From assembly GCA_044445605.1 (NCBI GenBank), contig JBIOEA010000006.1:1918-65917 (forward strand): a stretch of DNA of 64,000 bases, in the 5' to 3' direction. The position numbers and the translations under genes were made by a program. The notes beneath the pieces are model-generated. The model was given only the letters and a program-made list of their open reading frames with translations. It had not been told where the DNA came from and did not search any database. Source of the DNA: Gammaproteobacteria bacterium. GTDB lineage: Bacteria; Pseudomonadota; Gammaproteobacteria; JABCZS01. Below are positions 1 to 9,377 of this stretch, piece by piece; within the stretch, counting starts at the first letter, position 1, and each line of letters opens with the position of its first letter.

Positions 1-600
1 ATCCGTTAACACAGCGTGGCTCGATGCCAATTGCTCTAACACAATGTCATCGACTTCCAATCCACAACGACGGACACATTTCACGATGTTTTGAACGGCG
101 CTTACCGCTCCCATCACCATGTGCACCTTGGCCTCTAATCGTACGCCAGACATGCCAATCGGTTCACGAATGCCCGATTGTTCATCGACCACATACGCCT
201 GAGGCAATACATGCAGAATTTTTTGATCGGCAGGAATCGCCACCGCTTTCGCTGCGTCGATCACGCGCTCAACATCCGCTGCGTTGACTTCATGATCACG
301 AATCGCCACAATCCCATGTGAATTCAAAAACCGCATGTGGCTGCCTGCAATGCCTGCACATACCGAATGAATTTCACAACCAGCCATGAGTTCGACTTCT
401 TCTAGCGCTCGTTTGATCGATTGTACCGTGGCATCAATGTTCACCACGACACCTTTTTTTAACCCACAGGAAGGATGATGACCAATGCCAATAATATCCA
501 GTGTGCCAGATTCGTTGACTTCCCCGACAATCGCCACGACTTTCGACGTACCAATGTCCAACCCTACCAGCAAGTTTTTCTCGGGCTTGTTTTTCATCAT
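1..600 (-). CDS. ftsA: Cell division protein FtsA (5' part; runs off window start)
   Basis: Hand translation from ATG at 600: MMKNKPEKNLLVGLDIGTSKVVAIVGEVNE, the FtsA N-terminal motif; SD AGGGAG upstream; overlaps ftsQ stop. Confidence 0.95.
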   Translation of the reverse strand, partial: MMKNKPEKNLLVGLDIGTSKVVAIVGEVNESGTLDIIGIGHHPSCGLKKGVVVNIDATVQSIKRALEEVELMAGCEIHSVCAGIAGSHMRFLNSHGIVAIRDHEVNAADVERVIDAAKAVAIPADQKILHVLPQAYVVDEQSGIREPIGMSGVRLEAKVHMVMGAVSAVQNIVKCVRRCGLEVDDIVLEQLASSHAVLTD

Positions 601-1289
601 AACTCCCTTTTCACATCCATATTAACCACAAAACCATTTGTATAACGTAAATCCACATATCGGACACCTTGCGGTGCCTTCACATCAAATGGCGCCACTT
701 TCAAAAATCGCGCTAAACGCTCAACAACATCCTGCGAACCTAGCTCAATCTGCAGCCCATTATTCAGTCCCACGTGCCACGCAAAGCGTGCACTTAACGT
801 TAACTGCGCCACTTTTAAACCCGTCGGCGCTAATACACGATTCAACGCTTTTTCCATCGCTATGACTTGCGATAGCTCCTCCGGTGGGCCCTCCCAATGA
901 GGAAGATCCAACGTCGGTAATACCTTAAGCCTAAAACGCTCACCTAAATCATTGACCAGGGCATCATCACCCCAGTACGCTACTGGATGATGCTCCATGA
1001 GCACTACCACTACGGTATCTGGCCATACACGTCGCACTTGCGCATCACGCACCCAAGGATGTTCCTTCAGTGCTTCTCGCAAACCTGCGATGTCTACAGC
1101 CAATAAACTGTTCGCTACATAAGGACTCATCACTGCTTCAACCGATGCTGGCGAGACATAAGTCAGCTTGCCAGACACTTCGACACGCTTGACAGGTACG
1201 TGCCTTGGATCTTTCAAATAGTTATAGCTCACTATTAGCAATATAGCCAACAAGAGGCAAAAAACGACTTTCCCTAGCTGTTTCATCAT
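597..1289 (-). CDS. ftsQ: Cell division protein FtsQ
   Basis: N-terminal TM, POTRA segment (PWVRDAQVRRVWPD), C-terminal YVDLRYTNG; lies before ftsA. Confidence 0.93.
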   Translation of the reverse strand: MMKQLGKVVFCLLLAILLIVSYNYLKDPRHVPVKRVEVSGKLTYVSPASVEAVMSPYVANSLLAVDIAGLREALKEHPWVRDAQVRRVWPDTVVVVLMEHHPVAYWGDDALVNDLGERFRLKVLPTLDLPHWEGPPEELSQVIAMEKALNRVLAPTGLKVAQLTLSARFAWHVGLNNGLQIELGSQDVVERLARFLKVAPFDVKAPQGVRYVDLRYTNGFVVNMDVKREL

Positions 1290-1322
1290 GTTCGCACATT
1301 GTCCTAAAAAAATAGCTTAACT

Positions 1323-2225
1323 TCAAGCGCTAGTGGAACGATCTCCCAGGAATAATACTTCTCGATGTAAAATAATGCCCGTACGTGCCTGGACTGTGGA
1401 TGCTACGTGACTTATTAACTGCTCTAAATCATCACTCGACGCCGAACCGGTATTAATTATAAAGTTAGCATGTTTTGTGGAAACCTGAGCGCCGCCGATC
1501 ATCATTCCTTTTAATCCACACGACTCAATTAAACGTGCTGCATGATCGCCCGGTGGATTACGGAACACAGAACCGCAACTGGGCAGGCCAATCGGCTGTG
1601 TTTCTGCTCTTTTCTTAAGCAATGCTTTGATGCGTTCTGCACTCGCTTGCGCGTCCCCTGTTGACAATTGTAAATGCGCACCTACAAACCACGTGTTCTC
1701 AGGACGGTGCACTGTTCGGTATCCCGTTTCAAACTCAATCCGAGGATGCCAGGTGATAGTCCCCGCACGATCCATCAGCTGTACTTCAGCCACCGTGTCC
1801 CACGTTTCACCCCCAAATGCGCCTGCGTTCATCGCCAATGCGCCCCCCATCGTTCCGGGGATGCCTGCATAAAATTCACCACCGACAAGATTGTGTTTTG
1901 TGGCGAATTTCGCGATCTTCGCACAGGTGACGCCAGATTGGGCGTAGATGACAGCATTATCCAACGACAATTCATTCAATGCGCCTTGCGTTAAAATCAC
2001 CGTGCCACGAATACCACCATCACGGATCAAGACGTTCGATCCCAAGCCCAACCACGTGATCGGTTCATCCGCAGGCAAGCTTTGTAAAAACAATGACAAG
2101 TCTTCTAAATCCACAGGCACGTACGTTTGATCCGCATTGCCACCCACATGCCATGAATTGAGCATTTTCAATGAAGCGTTGTGTGTTAAGACACCTTTAT
2201 AAAGAGGACGTTTTTGCATCATCAT
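1323..2225 (-). CDS. murB: UDP-N-acetylenolpyruvoylglucosamine reductase
   Basis: LGLGSNVLIRD, GIPGTMGGALAMNAGAFG, SCGSVFRNP, HANFIIN motifs. Confidence 0.96.
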   Translation of the reverse strand: MMMQKRPLYKGVLTHNASLKMLNSWHVGGNADQTYVPVDLEDLSLFLQSLPADEPITWLGLGSNVLIRDGGIRGTVILTQGALNELSLDNAVIYAQSGVTCAKIAKFATKHNLVGGEFYAGIPGTMGGALAMNAGAFGGETWDTVAEVQLMDRAGTITWHPRIEFETGYRTVHRPENTWFVGAHLQLSTGDAQASAERIKALLKKRAETQPIGLPSCGSVFRNPPGDHAARLIESCGLKGMMIGGAQVSTKHANFIINTGSASSDDLEQLISHVASTVQARTGIILHREVLFLGDRSTSA

Positions 2226-3636
2226 GTGACTCGCCTAAATCTTGAACACATTGCTGAACGAGTGCACCGATGTTGCCTGCACCTTGCATCATCACGATAT
2301 CGTTATCTTGACACACCGTTTCTAATACAGACTGGACTTCAGCAATACTGTGGATATAAATAGGTTCAAGTGACCCTTTGGCGCGGATGGCACGCATCAA
2401 ATCATGGCTGTCTGCACCAGGAATCGCAGGTTCACCTGCAGAATACACATCGAGCAACAAGACTTGATCGCACGTGCATAATACGGTCACAAAATCATCA
2501 AATAAATCGTGTGTGCGTGTGTAACGGTGCGGTTGAAAGACCATCACCAAACGATGATCAGGCCATGTTTCGCGTGTCGTCGCAATCGTTGCACGTAATT
2601 CGGTTGGGTGGTGACCATAATCATCCACTAATGTCACTGTTTTTCCATTTTTCAATGTCACAGGATAACGTTGGAAACGTCGGCCAACACCGCCAAACTT
2701 CGATAAAGCATCTTGAATGATCGCCATATCAATGCCTTCATGTTGCGCTATCGCAATCGTGGCGAGTGCGTTCAATGCATTGTGACGGCCCGGCATGTTT
2801 AACCGGATCGCGTAACTTTGTCCACCCACGATGCATTCGAAATGCCCGCTGAAACCATCCACGCGGTAATGTTGTATACGCAAATCGGCTTTCTCATCAA
2901 AACCGTACGTCACCACCGGACGATGAATGCGTGGCAATAACCGCGCAATCACGGGATCATCAATGCATAAAACAGCGCAGCCATAAAATGGAATGGTGTG
3001 AATGAAATTGATAAACGCATCTTCGAGTTCTTTAAAATCACCATGATAGGTTTTCATGTGATCAGCATCAATGTTCGTGACAACCACCAACATCGGGTGT
3101 AAATATAAAAATGAGGCATCGCTTTCATCTGCTTCAGCGATCAAATACTCACCGGCACCCAATTGCGCGTTCGATTGCGCACTGTTTAATTTTCCACCGA
3201 TCACGTAAGTGGGATCCAAGTCCGCTGCGGCAAACACACTGGTGATTAAACTGGTGGTCGTTGTTTTCCCGTGTGTACCGGCAATCGCAATCCCGTAGCG
3301 AAAGCGCATTAATTCGGCCAACATTTGTGCACGTGGGATCAAGGGCAATCCAGCCGCTTTCGCCGCTTGCACTTCAGGGTTTGCGTCATCGACAGCCGAT
3401 GAATACACAACGACATTGGCACCTGCCACATTCGCGGCATCGTGGCCAATGAAAAGGGTGATCCCAAGGTCAGCCAGTGCTTTCGTCATCGCGCTTGCAT
3501 GCAGATCAGAGCCAGAGACTTCATACCCTTCTCGCCTCAAGACGTGCGCAATGCCGCTCATCCCAACGCCACCGATCCCAATGAAATGGATACGGCGCAC
3601 GGTTCTCATGCGGTTACTGGTCACGGCCTTTAGCAT
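2197..3636 (-). CDS. murC: UDP-N-acetylmuramate--L-alanine ligase
   Basis: IHFIGIGGVGMSG, AGTHGKTTT, EADESD, DDYGHHP, FQPHRYTR; start moved to ATG 3636 (SD AGGGAG) rather than 3705. Confidence 0.96.
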   Translation of the reverse strand: MLKAVTSNRMRTVRRIHFIGIGGVGMSGIAHVLRREGYEVSGSDLHASAMTKALADLGITLFIGHDAANVAGANVVVYSSAVDDANPEVQAAKAAGLPLIPRAQMLAELMRFRYGIAIAGTHGKTTTTSLITSVFAAADLDPTYVIGGKLNSAQSNAQLGAGEYLIAEADESDASFLYLHPMLVVVTNIDADHMKTYHGDFKELEDAFINFIHTIPFYGCAVLCIDDPVIARLLPRIHRPVVTYGFDEKADLRIQHYRVDGFSGHFECIVGGQSYAIRLNMPGRHNALNALATIAIAQHEGIDMAIIQDALSKFGGVGRRFQRYPVTLKNGKTVTLVDDYGHHPTELRATIATTRETWPDHRLVMVFQPHRYTRTHDLFDDFVTVLCTCDQVLLLDVYSAGEPAIPGADSHDLMRAIRAKGSLEPIYIHSIAEVQSVLETVCQDNDIVMMQGAGNIGALVQQCVQDLGESHDDAKTSSL

Positions 3637-4723
3637 GGATAACTCCCTCACACTCTGCTGCCACCCGCGCGGTGGCATCGTTTGTCTGCAGGGCACGCGC
3701 GGCAAGAGCCCGCGCCAATAGTGTGTCGCGGTTGCTCATATGCACCCTTAAATGTTCTGCTAGTCCTTCTGATGTTAGCTGAGACTGTGGAATTATCCAC
3801 GCACTCTGCGCTGCTACCAAGGATTGGCCATTGTACGTTTGATGGTCGTCTACCGCTAGGGGGTAAGGGATTAAAATTGCAGAAAGTCCACTTGCAATCA
3901 GTTCGGCGATCGTTAATGCCCCTGCGCGACAGATCACCAGATCCGCCCAACCATAGGCTTCGGCCATGTTATCGATAAAAGGGACAACGCGGCCTTCTAC
4001 CCCGGCTGCTTTGTATTGTTCGATCGTGGCCTCGAGATGCTGGGCACCTGTTTGATGCCAAACACTATATTGTAGGGGCGAAAGATGTTTCGCCCGTTTA
4101 CACATATGGCCCAGTGCCTGAGGAACCATCTCATTGATAGCTTTCGCCCCAAGACTGCCGCCTAAAACAAGTAAACGTAATGGCCCTTGGCGCCCAGCAA
4201 AACGAATATCTGGGGTGGGTAAAGCCACAATGTCGGCTCTCACGGGGTTGCCGGTCGTGTGAACATGTTTACTGTTAATCGTATGGGGGAAGGATTCACA
4301 GACCGAAGCCGCTAAGGGAGCCAGTAATTTGTTCGTCATGCCAGCAACGGCATTTTGCTCATGAATCACCAAGGGGATCCCTAATAATCGGGCGGCCACA
4401 CCCCCGGGACCCGTCACAAAGCCGCCCATCCCGAGGACAACATCAGGCTTTTGTTGCTTGAAGACGTTCATCGCTTCATGAATGGCTCTCAAGATTCGAA
4501 AAGGTGCGGTGAGCCATGAACGCAGGCCCTTGCCGCGCAACCCCTGAATGGTGATGAAATCCATCGGGTAATGAGGAGAGACAAGCTTCACCTCCATCCC
4601 CTTTTCAGTCCCTAACCAACGGATCGTCCATCCTTTATCCGCCAAATATCGCGCAACCGCCAACGCCGGAAATACGTGGCCGCCCGTGCCACCCGCCATG
4701 ATGATCAGTGTTTTGTTGGTCAT
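3614..4723 (-). CDS. murG: Lipid II GlcNAc transferase MurG (contains palindromic repeat insert)
   Basis: AGGTGGHVFP, HEQN, GNPVR, GGSLGA, RAGALT, DHQ motifs. Confidence 0.97.
   Translation of the reverse strand: MTNKTLIIMAGGTGGHVFPALAVARYLADKGWTIRWLGTEKGMEVKLVSPHYPMDFITIQGLRGKGLRSWLTAPFRILRAIHEAMNVFKQQKPDVVLGMGGFVTGPGGVAARLLGIPLVIHEQNAVAGMTNKLLAPLAASVCESFPHTINSKHVHTTGNPVRADIVALPTPDIRFAGRQGPLRLLVLGGSLGAKAINEMVPQALGHMCKRAKHLSPLQYSVWHQTGAQHLEATIEQYKAAGVEGRVVPFIDNMAEAYGWADLVICRAGALTIAELIASGLSAILIPYPLAVDDHQTYNGQSLVAAQSAWIIPQSQLTSEGLAEHLRVHMSNRDTLLARALAARALQTNDATARVAAECEGVIHAKGRDQ
4072..4097 (+). repeat. GTAG-tagged REP-like palindrome inside murG
   Basis: GTAGGGGCGAAAGATGTTTCGCCCGT; stem GGGCGAAA/TTTCGCCC; encodes RAKHLSPLQ on the murG strand. 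Confidence 0.85.
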
Positions 4724-4738
4724 TTAAAATAAATCCTC

Positions 4739-4799
4739 GCAATATGGCATCGGTAATGCCACTTTGAGTCTCATTATGGCATTAGCGGTGCCATTTTGC
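4739..4799. repeat. 61-bp imperfect inverted repeat between murG and kinase 1
   Basis: GCAATATGGCATCGGTAATGCCACTTTGAG-T-CTCATTATGGCATTAGCGGTGCCATTTTGC; each arm contains its own TGGCA..TGCCA hairpin. Confidence 0.75.
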
Positions 4800-4857
4800 A
4801 GTAAATTGGGTTATAGAGCGGGTCGCATTTTCGGGCATGACGGGTATATAATCGGTT

Positions 4858-5802
4858 ATGATCAATTTTATGACTAGCCTGTTTTACGGCCCGCCGCAAG
4901 CAGAACCAACAGAACCAATAGGACCATCACTTGTCGAACCCATCCAAGGTTCCGAGCTTAATATCATTCCTGAAATCCATTTAAACAGGATTCGCACCAC
5001 ATCAAGCCTTGGCACAGGGGGCTCATCCATTGTTTCCCAAGGCAAATACCAAGAAAAGGATGTGGCTCTAAAAGAATTTTATGATAAGAACGTTTTCAAA
5101 CATGAACTCAGCATTCATCAAAGCACCAATCACCCTCACATCATTAAATTACTTGCTTATGTAGCAGACAGGGCATGCCCTTCTTCCCCTTATGAAGGCT
5201 CATTGGTTATTGAGCTCGCACATCGAACGGTGCAGGACTACCTGGACGACTACACGTATTCACAAAGGACTGAAAAAGTTTGCGCACAATTCGGCCGGGA
5301 TCTCACACAAGGGATTTACTACCTCCATTCAAAATATCTGATACATGGAGACATCAAACCTGAAAATGCATTGATTATGCCGGATGGCACGTTAAAAATC
5401 AGTGATTTTGGTTTATCTCGCCAGGTATCGGCTGCACGAAATTTCTTCTTTGACCCTAAGCAATTTGGAACGCGGCTGTATATGCCGCCTGAGACTTATG
5501 TACATATAGGAGGCCAGGGATACAAATATACTCCCAAGGTTGATATTTATACGCTGGGATGGGTACTCTTTCTGCTAACGACAGCTAAAGATAAGGATCC
5601 ATATCAAGGGGTAACGAATATGAATATGATTAGTCATTACCACCAACAAAATATACTCCCTAACATTCCGTCGACAGCATCGCCTGCGTTGAAAGCCCTC
5701 ATCACTTCCTGCTGGAAGCAACATCCCGAAGAAAGACCCGATGCGTTTACTGTATTGCAAATGGCGGGACAGAAGGATATTGTGTTTCGACCGAAACATT
5801 AA
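4858..5802 (+). CDS. Hanks-type (eukaryotic-like) Ser/Thr protein kinase 1
   Basis: GTGGSSIV Gly loop, VALK, HGDIKPEN, DFG, GTRLYMPPE, DIYTLG, CW..PEERP. Confidence 0.92.
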   Translation: MINFMTSLFYGPPQAEPTEPIGPSLVEPIQGSELNIIPEIHLNRIRTTSSLGTGGSSIVSQGKYQEKDVALKEFYDKNVFKHELSIHQSTNHPHIIKLLAYVADRACPSSPYEGSLVIELAHRTVQDYLDDYTYSQRTEKVCAQFGRDLTQGIYYLHSKYLIHGDIKPENALIMPDGTLKISDFGLSRQVSAARNFFFDPKQFGTRLYMPPETYVHIGGQGYKYTPKVDIYTLGWVLFLLTTAKDKDPYQGVTNMNMISHYHQQNILPNIPSTASPALKALITSCWKQHPEERPDAFTVLQMAGQKDIVFRPKH

Positions 5803-5833
5803 AAACCTTTTAAAACATACAAGTAGCGACATA

Positions 5834-5862
5834 TTGCATTGAGAAGCCAAAGAGAGTACAAT
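5834..5862 (+). promoter_or_regulatory. Putative sigma70 promoter of kinase 2
   Basis: TTGCAT-17bp-TACAAT, ending 38 bp before ATG 5901. Confidence 0.55.
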
Positions 5863-5900
5863 GACTTACTTAGATCATTATCTTACATGCTGGGGCTGCC

Positions 5901-6872
5901 ATGAATAACATGATTATAAATTCAAATGATATCGATATTATCGACGACTACGAAGTCCAAACACCCCTCATTCCTGTTCATATAGTGCCAGGTGGTAAAC
6001 CAGAGCACATTCCTCATATAAATCGCCATCACGTACAAGTAATATCCGAGCTTGCCGATGGTGGACAGGCGGTGGTCTACAAAGCCAGCCTATTCCGTCC
6101 AACTCCCATGACCGTTGCATTGAAAACGTTTAATAACATACGAGATTATCGAGCTGAATTGAACATCCATCTTTCACTGAATCATCCACACATTATTAAA
6201 TTGCTCGGATCTACAGAATTAGGCGCTAAAGGTTCTCTCATTTTGGCGCTGGCAACCCGGGGAACTTTGCAAGACTATTTAGATGATTTCAAAGGGCCTT
6301 TGCGAACACAAAAAAAATCTGTTCAATATGCCAACGATCTCACACAGGGAGTTTATTACCTGCACTCACAACGTGTGCTACATGGTGATATCAAACCCTT
6401 AAATACCCTCATTATGGAAAACGGCTCACTCGTTATCAATGATTTCGGCTTTAGTAAGCGAATAAGGTATGGCTGTGATGAAGTAGTTATTAAAGAGAAA
6501 ATCGGAACCACACACTACAGACCTGCCGAAGGATATCCCGATATTGGCAACTCTAGATATACATTGGGTTATGATATTTATGCGCTTGGATGGATCCTCT
6601 ATCTTTTAACAACAGATAATGACGTTGACCCGTACAACGATGAGCACAAATATGCATCGGAGAGACTACACAAATCACATAAACTCCCCACAATACCTCG
6701 CACAGCTTCAATAACGCTAGCGACACTGATACTGTCATGTATGGCAAAAAACCCAAAAGAAAGGCCGACTGCACTTCAAGTGCTTGAGGTGGTAGGGCAA
6801 GAGAATATCGTATTTCGCCCTAAAGCACGGCCATCACCGACAAGACAACTGGGTGGCTGCCCTTTGATGTAG
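5901..6872 (+). CDS. Hanks-type (eukaryotic-like) Ser/Thr protein kinase 2, paralog of kinase 1
   Basis: DGGQAVV, VALK, NHPHIIKLL, HGDIKPLN, DFG, DIYALGW, PKERP; shares blocks QDYLDD, DLTQG.YYLHS and IVFRPK with kinase 1. Confidence 0.92.
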   Translation: MNNMIINSNDIDIIDDYEVQTPLIPVHIVPGGKPEHIPHINRHHVQVISELADGGQAVVYKASLFRPTPMTVALKTFNNIRDYRAELNIHLSLNHPHIIKLLGSTELGAKGSLILALATRGTLQDYLDDFKGPLRTQKKSVQYANDLTQGVYYLHSQRVLHGDIKPLNTLIMENGSLVINDFGFSKRIRYGCDEVVIKEKIGTTHYRPAEGYPDIGNSRYTLGYDIYALGWILYLLTTDNDVDPYNDEHKYASERLHKSHKLPTIPRTASITLATLILSCMAKNPKERPTALQVLEVVGQENIVFRPKARPSPTRQLGGCPLM

Positions 6873-6886
6873 GAAAAAATGTAGCG

Positions 6887-7981
6887 TTATAATTCTTTAT
6901 TTATCCGCAACAATATCGCCGCCGCCGCCAAAAACACGACCAGGCTCGATCCACCGTAACTCACAAACGGTAACGTCAAACCTTTCGTGGGCAATAAACC
7001 AATATTCACGGCCATGGCAATCAACGCCTGCAACACGATCCATAACGTCAACGCAAACGCCAAATATGCATGGAACATTTTACGCACACACGATGCCTGC
7101 CACGCTAAAGTGCAGCCAAACACACCGAATAACACATACAACAGTAAAACAGATGCCGCGCCAACAAACCCTGTTTCTTCAGCGATCACCGCAAAAATAA
7201 AGTCCGTATGCGCTTCAGGTAAATAAAATAATTTCTGGACACCCGACCCTAATCCCAATCCAATCCACTGCCCTCTTCCGAAGGCAATCAACGCTTGCGT
7301 TAACTGATAACCTGAATCAAACTGATCCGCCCAGGGATTTAAAAACGTCGTGATCCGCTCCAATCGGTACGGTGCCGATATCGCTAAAAATGCAAAACTG
7401 CCGCCAGCTAATGCCACCAACCCAATCACGTACCACAACGAAATGCCCGCCATGAAAAACAATGACAAAACGCATGTGCTCAATACAACGACAGCACCAA
7501 AATCCGGCTGCAATAAAATCAACCCGCATGCCGCACCCAACGGCAATAACCCCAACATCAATCGCTTGAAACTCGTGCGCAATTCTTCCTGATACTGAGA
7601 GCAAAAATAAGCGAAATAAATGATCAATGCGAGCTTGGAAACTTCCGACGCCTGGATGTTCACAGGACCTAATTTAATCCAACGCAAACTGCCGTTTACT
7701 TTATGCCCCACACCCGGGATTAATAATAAGATCAGCACAATAAATGCAATGCCTAATATGGGTTTTGCAAAACGTGACCACGTCGCAATTGGCACGTGAT
7801 ACACCACACTGGCAATCACTAACCCTACTGACAAAAAGGCAATTTGTCGCGTTAAATAATAAAAGGGATCACCCGCGCGCGCCGTTGCAATCGCAATCGA
7901 GCTCGACCCCACCATCACCACACCAATCGATACCAATACCGCACAAATCCAAAATAATTTTATTCCTTGGTTTGAGTGCAT
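6887..7981 (-). CDS. ftsW: Peptidoglycan polymerase FtsW
   Basis: Multi-TM SEDS protein; LQPDFG, YLPEAHTDFIFA, LPTKGLTLPFVSYGGSS. Confidence 0.96.
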   Translation of the reverse strand: MHSNQGIKLFWICAVLVSIGVVMVGSSSIAIATARAGDPFYYLTRQIAFLSVGLVIASVVYHVPIATWSRFAKPILGIAFIVLILLLIPGVGHKVNGSLRWIKLGPVNIQASEVSKLALIIYFAYFCSQYQEELRTSFKRLMLGLLPLGAACGLILLQPDFGAVVVLSTCVLSLFFMAGISLWYVIGLVALAGGSFAFLAISAPYRLERITTFLNPWADQFDSGYQLTQALIAFGRGQWIGLGLGSGVQKLFYLPEAHTDFIFAVIAEETGFVGAASVLLLYVLFGVFGCTLAWQASCVRKMFHAYLAFALTLWIVLQALIAMAVNIGLLPTKGLTLPFVSYGGSSLVVFLAAAAILLRINKEL

Positions 7982-9291
7982 AACGAAGTGATCTCCCTGG
8001 CCAAGCGTGTGAATAAATCACCGCGTTCTCCATAATTTTTAAACATGTCCCAACTCGCACAGGCCGGAGCCAATAACACCGCATCCCCCGCTTGCGCTTC
8101 TTGATGCGCCAATACCACCGCTTCTTCGAACGTTGTCGCCCGAATGCAAGTCACACTGTCTTTTAACTCAGACTCCAATTGCATTTGCGCTTCACCAATC
8201 AAAATGGCCGCACGCCCATGCTCTTTCAACGGGCCTTGCAAGCACTCAAATGAAGCGCCCTTCCCAAGCCCCCCTAATAAAATCACTATCCGACCGGTGA
8301 TCAATTTAGACACGCTGTCTATGGAGGCGAGCGTTGCACCCACATTCGTTGCTTTAGAATCATCAAACCATTTAATGCCGTTCGCTTCAGCGACCAATAC
8401 TAATCGGTGCGGCAGTCCCGTGAACGTGCAGGCGGCATCAAATGCTTTATCCGTATCAAAACCGGCTTCGTGTATCATCGCCAATGCCGCCAATACGTTC
8501 GCATAATGAATCTCAGAATGAATCGGCAAAAAGCGCACGTTATACCGTTTCTTCCCGAAACATAACTCCCCAGCCTTTGCATCATAATGCCAGATCGCTG
8601 GATCTTGGCTTTTCATCGAGAAATACATGCGATCAGGCGTATCCGGGTATGTCGTAGGATCTTCCAAGTTGCACACCGCATGAGCAGCGCCGATGTAAAT
8701 ACGACGCTTCGAGTCCGCATATGCTTCTAAGGTATGATGGCGGTCTAGATGATCCGGTGTCACGTTCAAGACACACGCCACTTCAGGCGCTAACCCTTCC
8801 GTGATGTCTAATTGGAAACTCGATAATTCAAGAATGACATAATCATAATCTTCTGCTAAACCATCTAACACCGGCGTGCCAATGTTGCCTAATAAGGCCG
8901 GTTTCAACCCTTGTGCCGCTACCATTTTTTCAAGCAGTGACACCACCGTGCTTTTTCCGTTGGAGCCCGTCACAGCAAGAATGGGTTTTGTGTTCTGTTG
9001 TGCGAATAAAGTGACATCGCCCGTTACGATGATCCCACGTCGCTGCGCTTTCTCAATCTCATGATGCTCTAACGGAACACCTGGGCTCAACACCCACATC
9101 GGAATGTCAAACGCCTCATCGGGTAACTTAGCACCTTGCCATAACGTCATCTGGGGGAACGCTTTCTTGAACGTCGATGGCTCCGCCGCCATTTCCGGCT
9201 CCCAGGCCGCCGCCCGCTGCTGGCTACGTGCGCAGTAACGCCCGATCGACATTCCTGTTTGGCCTAGGCCGACTATGAGTACGTTAAACAT
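7960..9291 (-). CDS. murD: UDP-MurNAc-L-Ala--D-glutamate ligase
   Basis: GLGQTG, SPGVP, TGSNGKST, ELSSFQL, DHLDRH, DSKATN, PACASWDMF; start at ATG 9291 (SD GAGG). Confidence 0.96.
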   Translation of the reverse strand: MFNVLIVGLGQTGMSIGRYCARSQQRAAAWEPEMAAEPSTFKKAFPQMTLWQGAKLPDEAFDIPMWVLSPGVPLEHHEIEKAQRRGIIVTGDVTLFAQQNTKPILAVTGSNGKSTVVSLLEKMVAAQGLKPALLGNIGTPVLDGLAEDYDYVILELSSFQLDITEGLAPEVACVLNVTPDHLDRHHTLEAYADSKRRIYIGAAHAVCNLEDPTTYPDTPDRMYFSMKSQDPAIWHYDAKAGELCFGKKRYNVRFLPIHSEIHYANVLAALAMIHEAGFDTDKAFDAACTFTGLPHRLVLVAEANGIKWFDDSKATNVGATLASIDSVSKLITGRIVILLGGLGKGASFECLQGPLKEHGRAAILIGEAQMQLESELKDSVTCIRATTFEEAVVLAHQEAQAGDAVLLAPACASWDMFKNYGERGDLFTRLAREITSLCTQTKE

Positions 9292-9332
9292 ATTTAAAAC
9301 CTCTGAACATATTACTAGATCGAGAAGAAAAA

Positions 9333-9374
9333 CCCCCGCCTCGGAATACTCGGCTGCCCCCTTAAAAGGGGGCA
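9333..9374. repeat. CCCCCTT/AAGGGGG-type palindromic element between mraY and murD
   Basis: CCCCCGCCTCGGAATACTCGGC followed by TGCCCCCTT-AA-AAGGGGGCA; same core at 61193-61228 and 62095-62130. Confidence 0.65.
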
Positions 9375-9377
9375 AGA

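Noticed and set aside
3637-3705. N-terminal extension of the murC ORF
   Set aside because: Lies inside murG; ATG 3636 has an SD and gives normal length
6792-6822. GTAGGGC...TTCGCCCTA REP-like string in kinase 2
   Set aside because: Encodes VGQENIVFRPK, homologous to AGQKDIVFRPK in kinase 1; loop too long; likely coincidence
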